Shown piece by piece: positions 11,599 through 21,360 of a stretch of DNA of 63,747 nt. Origin of the DNA: Octopus bimaculoides (Eukaryota); contig NC_068989.1 of the NCBI RefSeq assembly GCF_001194135.2, positions 37,576,186-37,639,932 of the forward strand, in the 5' to 3' direction. The number at the start of each line of letters is the position of its first letter. Within the stretch, counting starts at the first letter, position 1. The notes beneath the pieces were generated by a model. It searched no databases. It saw only the letters and a program-made list of their open reading frames with translations, and had not been told where the DNA came from. Made by a program: the position numbers and the translations under genes.

Positions 11599-13150
11599 AC
11601 GTCGACACCTTTCTTTCCGGAAATGATGCCACGTGATCTATTTTTGGCGCTTCTTCGACATCTACATTTCAACTCAAGTGAGATTCATGATGACAGGCTG
11701 CACAAAATACATCCTATCGTTGACGAAGTGGCTGAATATTTCAGAACAGTGTATGTCCCCACACAGGACATTTGTATGGACGAGAGTTTGTGGAAATTCA
11801 AGGGAAGGCTCCGATTCAAACAATACTACCCGACCGAACATGCCTGCTTTGGAATGAAGGTTTATAAAGTATGCCAGTCAACTAACAGAGCCTGTGGGTG
11901 CACGTGGAATTACAAAATCTACACTGGTCAGGACAGATTGGATCTTCCAGCGTCTACTCAAGCATCAACTGATGTGTTGTCGCTGAATGAAAACTTGTTT
12001 GACAAAGGCTACAATATTTATATGGACAACTAGTTTTCTAATCCAGACCTCTTCCTTCAGCTGCAGACAAGGAGAGCTTAATGCCTGTGGAACTGCGAGG
12101 ACGCACAGGAAAAACATGCTGCCTAATCTTCACAAGATAAAACTTCGAAAGGTGGAAACAGCATACCAATGCATTGATAGTGGCATTCTTGCTCTAGTGT
12201 GGAGTGACCTGAAAAACGTCTGCATGTTATCCACAATGCATTCTGCAAGCATGAAGGACGCTAGGAAGCAAGATGCAGACAGTAATGCCATAATGAAACC
12301 GAATGTAGTTGTTTCGTATGATTAAAGGATGAGCGGAGTCGATCGCTCAGATTAGCTGGCGACGACACAAATCGGTGAGAAAATTTGTGAAATGGTACAA
12401 AACAATTTTCTTGTATATAGCTGACATGTGTGTCGTGAACTCACATTTGATTTGGTAGGTGCTTGGCGTTGTGGGGGATGGATTGATATTCAGAAATCTA
12501 TTGTTCCATAAGATGATAGATGCATCAGACCTGCCAAAGTACAGAACGCTGGGACGTCTCCACGCCGGACTCTCTTCTCATCTCATGGTGAAGGGAGCGA
12601 ACATCTTCCTCGACTCATTCCTCGACTCATTCCCCCACCCGCCAAGAAGACAAATGCTTCAAAGAGATGCATAGTATGTAAAACAAAAGGGAAACGTAAG
12701 GAAACTAGATACCATTGTTCACAATGTGATATGTCACTATGTGTGGTACCCTGTTTTGAACTCCACCACACTAAAGTCAGTTTTTGAATTCATGTGATAG
12801 TAAATACATGAAGTTAATCTGAGTTGTGCTGTCGAGTAATCTTTTTCAGGAATAATGCCGTATGAGCGTCCTGCACAGAGATATAGTTTAGGTAAATAAA
12901 CAGTACTTGCACTAAAGCGGTTGATGTAAATGTACGCCGAACATTATCTCGCCCTGAGTGCTGATCTCAATCGGCGCGATTACCGTTGCCTCACGTAGGC
13001 AACCGAATGAATCACCGCCGTAAACTGGTTAAAGCGGTTGATGTAAATATATGCCGAATCACTGTCGTGGGCTAATTGCTGATCTTAGCCGAGATGATTA
13101 CCGTTAATGCAACTGAGTTGCTTGATAAAAAAAAAACCGTTGTCATGGGG
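11599..13150 (+). mobile_element. piggyBac transposase remnant, 5' truncated, with 3' end at GGGG|TTAA
   Basis: MPRDLF...DESLWKFKGRLRFKQY.P, YMDN(stop)FS, CGTAR..RK, KP.VV.SY..MSGVDRSD and the C-terminal Cys-rich 'CIVC..KGKRKETRYHCSQC..LCVVPCFELHH'. Ends 'catgggg' with TTAA at 13151-13154. Confidence 0.92.
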
Positions 13151-14223
13151 TTAAACAATGAATGTTTATCGTTTAGAACGAAGAAAATACAGTTCTGGGT
13201 TCAAATATTTCCGAAGTCGATTTTGTATTTTAGGCATCTAGGTCTGATAAAATAATGTACCAGTTAAGTACTAGGCTCTTATTATCAGCTCTTTCTTTCT
13301 AATCCCACATCTCCAGTCTTTAACTATGTACAAAATTATTATTCGTTTCATTAAAGACTGGTGTGTGGTACAAATGGTAATGCCACGCTTATACTTTCTG
13401 AGTTTACTTCCGCTACTGCGGTTGACTTCCCCGCCAACATTTTCGTGTCGATAAATTAAATATGAGTTAGAATCTATGGTCGGGAACTATCAGATCTGTG
13501 GTTGTTAGAAATCAGTTTGATTTTCCTCTGATTAAGGCTAAGATTGATTTAATCGCTTATATTTTTGCCCTACAAATTTGAGATCATGTGCCAAAGTTAG
13601 ACATCTATTTTCCTCATTACCATTATTTCTCTTCCTTCTGCTCGATATATATATAACTACAATGAAATTTGACAATATCGCTTCTCTATACATGCATGGC
13701 CTAGTGCTGATATAGCAAACCATTATTATTCTCTCCGCTATCGATGAAAGAATTAGCATTACACTAACTCAATTTCCTTCACAGAATTCTTTCATTACAG
13801 GAAAGAATTTTGAGTTTATTGAAAAGGAAATACAATTCTGTTTACCTCTACAGCGTCAACATCCTGAGACATGGAACTAAAGACAAAATAATGTATGACT
13901 AATATGTTTCAGACGATACGAATATCAAAACACATCGCATACGTATACATAGAAGACAAAAATCGATACATGTATGATCAATACTCAATGTAGATCAGAA
14001 TAAATAAATACATAGGACAGGTGTGTGTTTAACCATAGTTTTTGATCTTATAGCCAGGAGGGGAGATAGTTGCCATGATTTTTAGAGCGCTTTCAAGACC
14101 GTCGAGAGTTACCCATTTATCCACTCGGGGTCGATAAAATAGAATACTGGTCAAATTCTAAGGGCGGTGGTATCCACAAACCACGTCCCTTCAAAATTGC
14201 TGGTCATGTGTCTAAATTAGAAG

Positions 14224-14224
<1 letters not shown>

Positions 14225-14281
<57 letters not shown>

Positions 14282-14282
14282 G

Positions 14283-14358
<76 letters not shown>

Positions 14359-14359
14359 C

Positions 14360-14391
<32 letters not shown>

Positions 14392-14395
14392 TATT
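14225..14395. repeat. Long (TTA)n/(TCA)n microsatellite
   Basis: Direct reading; source of the poly-L and poly-I ORFs. Confidence 0.98.
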
Positions 14396-14834
14396 CCAAA
14401 GAAGTAGCGGATCAGTGGAATCATTTGCCCGTTGGCCAAAATGTGCTGGTATTTAGTTGTGGTCTTTTTAATTTCTTCGCTCAATCTCGCTCGAGTTGAC
14501 GTTGTTTTTGACTCAAATACATAGAAGAGACTGACCTCCGGTAAAATCACTTTGGTTTCCAGCTAGCGGCGTTAACCAACTTATCCAATTTACTTTTACT
14601 AGGTATCTCAACAGTTTCTCTCTGCTATTCCCTATTTGTTAATAAGAACACTAATTGCTGACGGGATTACGCTTATTTTGAACTGTTATATTTTAAACAA
14701 TGTGTCAGGGCTATATTACTGGGTAATTTTATAAATTCATTAATTTCATTTTCTTCAGTCATTGGCTGTTGTGGATACTGTAACATTTATGTACTTTTTT
14801 ATATTATAATGGCCATGTCGTTGTGTTAGAAATA

Positions 14835-15260
14835 ATGATTTCAAAATTTGGCACAAGGCCATCAATTAGGGAGGAGTCGATTGATTACTCCAGTACTTCA
14901 CTGGTGTCTTATTTTATCGATCCCGAAAGAATGAAAGAGAAAGTCGACCTCAGTGGAATTTGAACTCAGAATATAAAGGGTAAGATGAAATGCGGCTAAG
15001 CTTTCTATCTGACTAATAATTCTGACTGCTCGTCACCTTAATAATAATGGTTTCAAATTTTGTCAGAAGGGCAGCCATGTTGGGGGAGGGGATGAGTCGA
15101 TTACATCGACCCCAGTGTTTCACTGGTATCTAATTTATTGATCCCGAAATGATGAAAGGCAAAGTCGACCTTGGCGGAATTTGAATTCAGAACCCGAAGA
15201 TAGACGAAATGCCGCTAAGCATTTCGCCCGGCGTGCTAACGATTCTTTTCTATTGTAGAC
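14835..15260 (-). mobile_element. Two tandem SINE family A copies
   Basis: Two head-to-tail copies of the reverse complement of 'gctggcagaatcgttagcacgccgggcgaaatgcttagc...gtcgactttgcctttcatc' separated by taataataat. Confidence 0.85.
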
Positions 15261-15315
15261 ACAAGGCCTGAAATTTGGGGGAGGGGGTTAGTCAATTACA
15301 TCGACCCCAGTGTTT

Positions 15316-16331
15316 GGATCTTTTCCCTTTGAACGGCACATCGAGAAATTAATTTTTTGTAACTAAACACTTTCAAACTTTGGACACTGGTAGAATGTGT
15401 CATATAAAACATCTTTTACTCTTAGTGTTGTTGAGAAAAGTTTATATTTTGAAAGTTATTTCGTGTTAAAGTTGTTGTATTTCTGTAATTTCAACCAATC
15501 AATGACGTGTATTCAGCTGAATAAAATCACTGCCCTTGTTTGTCAACAATAACTATCGGTGGTGTATATTTCGTTTGTTACTGTTATTTACGACATCACT
15601 CGTGTGTTTGTACTGGTTTTAGCTTTAGGGTTTTAGGGTTTGGGTTAGGGTTAGGGTTCGGGTTTTAGGCTCAGGGTCAGGGTTTTAGGGTTAGGGATAG
15701 AGTTTTAGGGTTAGGGTTAGGGATAGGGTTAGGTTAGGGTTAGGGTTAGGGTTAGGGTTTTAGGATTAGGGTTAAGGTTTTAGAGTTAGGATTAGGGTTT
15801 TAGAGTTAGGGTTGGGGGTTTAGGGTTAGGGTTAGGATTAGGGTTGGGATTTTAGGGTTAGAGTTACGGAAAAATGTAGAAAATGAACATATTGGAGGGG
15901 GAGGGGAAAAATGTCTTTCCGAAAGTAGTAGCTGAAAAACAGAAAAAAACAACAAAAGCAGTAGAAATGCACGAACGATTGTGGTGGTGCCATGAAATAA
16001 ACATGCTTCAGATACACTCATTTATTCATACAAACGTAACTATGATGAAATATGTCATAAATAACAGTGACAAACGAAATATACACCGCCGGAAGTTGTT
16101 GTTGACAAACAACAGCAGTAATTATGTTCACCTCAATAGACGTCATTGATTGGTTGAAATTACCGAAATACGACAACTTTAACACGAAATAGCTTCGAAA
16201 ATACAGAATTTTTCAAAAACGCCAAAAGTAAATGATGTTTTATGTGACACATTCTACCTGTACACAAATTTTGAAAGTGTTTAGTTGCAAAAAATTATTT
16301 TCTAAATGTGCCGGTCAAAGGGAAAAGATCC
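15316..16331. mobile_element. Non-autonomous TIR DNA transposon (~280-bp TIRs, 8-bp TSD CAGTGTTT) carrying telomeric repeats
   Basis: Left end GGATCTTTTCCCTTTGAACGGCACAT, right end ATGTGCCGGTCAAAGGGAAAAGATCC. Inverted similarity spans ~15316-15598 vs ~16050-16331. CAGTGTTT occurs at 15308-15315 and 16332-16339. Confidence 0.9.
15615..15868 (+). repeat. Degenerate interstitial telomeric array (TTAGGG with TTTTAGGG/TTAGAG/ATAGGG variants)
   Basis: Direct reading of ~250 bp of TTAGGG-type units. Confidence 0.97.
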
Positions 16332-16564
16332 CAGTGTTTCACTGGTACTTAATTTATCGACCCCGAAAGGATGAAAGGCAAAGTCGACCTCGACGGTATT
16401 TGAACTCAGAACATGAAGACAGACGAAATACCCTTAAACATTTCGTTCGGCGTGCCAACGATTCTGCCAGCTCAACGCTTTCGTCACCATAATAATAATA
16501 ATGATCCTTTCTACTAAAGGCACGATGCAGTTTTGGTCGGAAAGAGCTGAGAGAAAGGAAAAGA

Positions 16565-17221
16565 GTGGGATGGACAAGAAACAATAAATCATATTATCTC
16601 TGGCTGCCCAGTCCTGGCTAAGAAGGAATATATTCACAGACACGACAGAGCTGGGACCTATATACACTGGAAGCTATGCCAACACTATGGAATAACAACA
16701 GAAAAAAGATGGTATAAGCACACGCCGGAAAAGGTCACAGAAAAGGAGAAAGCAACCATACTCTGGGATATGCCAATACACACAGATAGAGAAATTAAGG
16801 CAAATAGACCAGATATAGTTGTCAAAGATCATGAAAGGAAAAATGCTTTCTAATTGATGTATCAATACCAGCAGATGACAACGTTTCCCTAAAAGAAATG
16901 GAGAAACTTTCAAAATACAAAAACCTGAAAATAGAGGTAACTCGAATGTGAAATCTAAAAACAGAAACAATTCCTATCATAGTAGGTGCCTTAGGTATAA
17001 TAAAAAAATATTAAGACAAATACATAACAAAAACACCAAGACTTACAAATATATATAACATACAGAAAATTGCACTACTGGGCACTGCACACATCCTACG
17101 CAAAACACTTTCTATACAGTAACCATAAGAGCATCACAGCAAACCACAGCACATACCCAAGGCACACAGAGCTGCGCTCGGTAGTGAAGTAACAGCACGT
17201 TATAAAAATAAAACTACTGAA
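16565..17221 (+). mobile_element. R4/Dong 3' fragment (CCHC + REL endonuclease + 3' UTR)
   Basis: ETINHIISGCPVLAKKEY..RHD...ILWDMPIHTDREIKANRPDIVV...LIDVSIP...IPIIVGALG...QKIALLGTAHILRKTL, followed by aataatgataataat. Confidence 0.92.
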
Positions 17222-17239
17222 CAATAATGATAATAATAT

Positions 17240-18530
17240 CAGAATGCTGATATCAGAAAGGAGTTCGGACTGAAAAAGTGTGGTGTGTTAGTCTTGAAGA
17301 GAGAGAAAATCAAATGTATGGACAGGCTAGCGATACCGTCGGGGGAGGTTATGAAGCAGATAGATGGGACAGTCTATAGGTACTTGCGGATATTGGAAAT
17401 GGATAAATTGATTGAGAAAGAAATTACACAAAAATTTAAGGTGGAGTATTGCGCAGACTGAGACTGATCCTTAAGTCGAAATTAAACGGATGAAACAAGA
17501 TTGAAGCTATCAACATTAGGGCGGTTTCACTACTAAGATATGGAGCAGGGGTAATCTCATAGTAAGGAGACGAACTAAACATCTTAGACAGAAAGACAAG
17601 GAGGTGCTTTATCTTTGCGGAAGATTGCAAAGATAAAGCACTTTACACGCATTTGAGAATGAATGAAACTAAAGATAGGTGGATAAAGAAAATGACAATT
17701 TCATAGGGATGTTGAAGATAAGATATACAGAGAGAAAATATTGCTATGGATGACTAAAAATGACTTAAAACCGGAAACGGAGGCTCTAATCTGTGCTGCC
17801 CAAGAGGAAGCATTAAGAACTAATTACATCAAATACAGAATAAACAACACATCAGAAAGTGATAAGTGCAGAATTTGTTGACAAAATGGTGACACCGTGT
17901 GACCTATTATCAATCAATGTACTCCACTAGCCCAGAAAGAATATAAAAGACGTCATGACAATATAGCAAGGATAGTCCATTGGGCACTTTGCAACATGTA
18001 TGGACTTGATAGAGTAAACAAGTATGGACTTGATAGTGGTGCGAACATAAACCCGAAGGCATCATTGAAAGTGATAATGCAAAAATCCTATGGGATTTTA
18101 TGATTCAGTGAGACCATGAGATAGAGAATAGGAAACCAGACATAGTGTTAATTGAGAAACAAAGCAAACGATGCTGGATCATAGACATAGTATGCCCATC
18201 TGACAACAAGGTATGCGATATGAAAGAAATAAAAGTCGATAGGTATAACAGGTTAGCTTGGGAGGTTCAGCAATTGTGGTCGATGAAAAAGGTGGGAGTA
18301 GTGCCAATAATTGTCGGAACCCTGAGAACAAGTGAGTAAAAATCTTGAGAAGTACACATTACGAATAGGGACTGCAATAATGGTAGAACACTTACAGAAA
18401 ACAGCACTGCCTGGAACCGCTCGAATACTCCGGATGGTGCTCGAAAAATAAGAGGTGTTACCTTAGTTCACTGGTAGTGAACAGCTGACACCGTTGTACA
18501 TCTCCAGTGTTAGAAGCTATGCAAAGATAA
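17240..18530 (+). mobile_element. Second R4/Dong family, RT C-terminus to REL endonuclease, decayed
   Basis: EFGLKKCG, YRYL.ILE, ETEALICAAQE.ALRTNY, CRIC, RRHDNIAR, KILWDF..Q..HEI.NRKPDIV, VVPIIVGTL, QKTAL.GTARILR. Ends at 'gataatgaaataataat'. Confidence 0.92.
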
Positions 18531-19119
18531 TGAAATAATAATGCTTTTTCTGAAGTGTTTGATTTTTCAGATGGAGTAAATTCCACAAAGATAGTGCACA
18601 AGGTGCAGTGATAGGCGAAAACATTTTTCAAAACTAAATTCTTTATTATACGCATGTCATTAGTTTTAACTTAAAAGATACTATCTATTCTTTTTTATTT
18701 TTGCGTCAAAAAGTAAAAAGTTGTTGGTAGGGAAAGAATTTGAAGACATTAATCTATAGTTTTATTCTGTTATAGATAATTATAGTTTATTTTGCAACTC
18801 TTCTGTGGTAACGCTTTAGCAAATCTTAATACATTGTACTACAGCTTTATTTTCATATCAACTGAAAAATGCCAATGGCGAGCTTGAAGTACTGTGCTGG
18901 TGAAAGAAGTACAGTACCTGCTTTACTGAGCTGTGGATTTTGAAAAAAAATATATACCAGTAATACATATAAATATCATGCTTAATGTAGATTCTCATTT
19001 ACCTTACTAATAATATAAGTTATATATTTCTATAATAAATTTTGTCTTAGATTCCGTTTCATAGTTAAAGCATTACGTACGTATACAGCAACAATGATAT
19101 AAACTATTATTATTACTAG

Positions 19120-19270
19120 TAGGACGTCGAGCTGGCGGGAGCGCTAGCGCATCGGACAAAATGCTTAGTGGCACTTCTGTTTTCTAAGTTCAAGTACTAG
19201 TTGAGCACTGAGGTCGATGAAATCGACCTATCCTGAAATTGCTGGCCTTGCGCCAAAATTTGAAATTACT
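19120..19270 (+). mobile_element. SINE family A, internally deleted
   Basis: Head 'cgagctggcgggagcgctagcgc' and tail 'ctgaaattgctggccttgcgccaaaatttgaaa'. Confidence 0.7.
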
Positions 19271-20699
19271 ATTATTACAGAATTAGAAAAAAATATTCTT
19301 TCAATTTTTTTGTTTGTTTAAGTTTCTCCGATGTGGATTCTGTTATCTTTCCGTAATCGATAAATAAAGTCCGAATAATAAACTGTTGTCAGTTGAATCG
19401 ACTTCGCTATTTTCCGAAATTGTTAATAATATGTGTGTATACTATAAACCATCATTATCATTAATTAATATTATTAATTGCACGGGGCACAATCTTAATA
19501 ATTTCCGTAAATTTGGTAAATTAAAGATGTACAAACTTCTTGCAGTTCTGATTTGAAAGATTTTCTGCTTCACTTTATCCGAAAATTCGTGTGTGTATGT
19601 GTGTCTGCATGTGTGTGCAGGCGCGTAGTATATATAATATGTATATAATATGCTGATTAGCATTAGAATATACGCGCTGGAGTTTTGAATAACACTCTTG
19701 GCAAATCGTGTCTGCAATACAATTTCTATTCACGTTTGAAGCTATTTCAACTCTGTACGCCGCGGGTTTCTCTTATTTTTTGAAAAGATTATTTAATTTA
19801 GTTTTATTTAGCTTTGTTTTAATATATTGAATATGCATTTTTGATCATGGCCATAATATTACGTGATAAAGTTTTAAGTTTTTATAATTAACACTTCGGG
19901 AAAGAAATAATAGATAAAGGATGACCGAGTAAACAATGAAGTCATATATCACAATCTCTCACACAAAATATGAAAGAGTTGAATACGTTGAATACGTGAA
20001 GAGAGCTTCTTAGTAAGGGTTATATCCGTCAACCAATTCTTTTATCATGATGGCATAACTTTGATTACTCCTTTCCAGGTAAATACAACTTTAACAATGA
20101 CAGCCATGAAACGAAATGGCAGAATTATTAAAATGCTGGATGAAATTGCCTTACGGTAATTATTCTGCCCCACTGCGTTGTGAGTTCATATTTCACAGAA
20201 GTCAACTTTATTTTTCATCTGTGATAAATATTGTACCAACCTCGTTGTAGCAATGGAATAAAGGAATTATTAGGTTGTCAAAACGAAAATCGTTGGAGAA
20301 TTTATTCTGTTTCTATTCTACTCTAATCCCTTTTATGCTGATTTTGGTCTTCATCCTTATAAGGTAAATAGATATAGTAATAGTGTAGTGCGATATTGGG
20401 GAAACGTTATGGTGTCGAACGAAAATCCGTGCAGCATTTATTCTGGTTCCTTGCATTCTATTTTGAATCTCTTCGTAGCATATTTGGGTAGTAGATTTTA
20501 TGCTTCGTTTGCACCATTACCTGGTTTTCGGGAGCATTTAGTAGAGTTCACTCTGGTGTAAGTGGGCCTCCAGTCTGAGAATACATTTTTACTATTCTCC
20601 CTCCCCTAGTATTCGAGACCCAGCAAGTGGTGACGGCTTTGCCCTTCCTTCTTCGCTAAGCGAGAGAAACATATCCGAAAAGGAGGTTATTCAAAGGAA

Positions 20700-21150
20700 C
20701 TCATATAAGATGTTTGTTGCATTCATTCAATGGTTATTTTTCAGAGCGAGGCCTGATGCAATATTAGAGACAATGGAAACAAGGTAACCAGATGGAAGTA
20801 AAACTTTCGTAACAGAATTACTGAGAAATAGAGATGATAGTCGGAAATCGATCTAGCAACTAACCTTATGATACTTCTCGTAATGGTTCCAGATAAGACA
20901 GGTGTAATATTTTCAATCATTAAATAATATGCTGTCCCTGTCCCAATTATTTATTTTGATACTTAACCATGTATACCTCCATATAATCGTCAGAGACGGA
21001 ATGTTTGCAGAAAAATTGCGGCAGTAGACATGAAAGTCTGGAAAACGTTCACTATTCCGTGTTTCCTGGTCATATACAGGAATTTATCTGGCAGGAAAAT
21101 CTTTGGTCAATCATCTGGCGAAGGATTCGCAATATTTCACCCATATCAAG
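20700..21150 (+). mobile_element. Possible Merlin/IS1595-like DDE transposase remnant
   Basis: Frameshifted 'VPDKTG..FSIIK.YAVP..IIYFD' (cf. VPDR..TL.PII...V.PG..I.SD) and 'FPGHIQEFIW-RKIFG' (cf. YL.EF.WR). Confidence 0.45.
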
Positions 21151-21360
21151 TCAGCGCGCTGGCAGAATCGTTAGCACACCAGGCAAAATGCTTAGCAGCA
21201 TTTCGTCCATCTTTACATTTTGTGTTCAGATTACGTCGAGGTCAGCTTCGCCTTTCATCTTTTCGGGGTCGATTAGAATAAGTACCAGTTGAGCACTGGC
21301 ACCGATGCAACCAACTTATCTTCTCCACTGAAACAGTTGGCCTTGTACCAACATTTGAAC
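21150..21360 (+). mobile_element. SINE family A
   Basis: 'gcgctggcagaatcgttagcacaccaggcaaaatgcttagc...ttcggggtcgattagaataagtaccagtt'. Confidence 0.88.

Larger units (their letters stand above)
15262..16490 (-). mobile_element. SINE family A copy split by a DNA transposon insertion (parts 15262-15315 and 16332-16490)
   Basis: The two halves rejoin to 'catcgaccccagtgtttcactggta', as seen in the uninterrupted copy at ~15103-15128. Confidence 0.9.

Noticed and set aside
14208-14550. Poly-Leu/poly-Ile ORFs (also 5169-5473, 25919-26170, 42019-42801)
   Set aside because: (TTA)n microsatellite artefacts.
15615-15868. True telomere or chromosome-fusion scar
   Set aside because: Single orientation, internal, and enclosed by TIRs plus a TSD, so it is transposon cargo.
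9776-21030. In-frame chain of small AG/GT-bounded segments (9776, 10383, ~10649, 13801, 20746, 20994)
   Set aside because: Needs a 19-nt micro-exon and weak donors, the product resembles nothing recognisable, and the last segments overlap the Merlin-like remnant.
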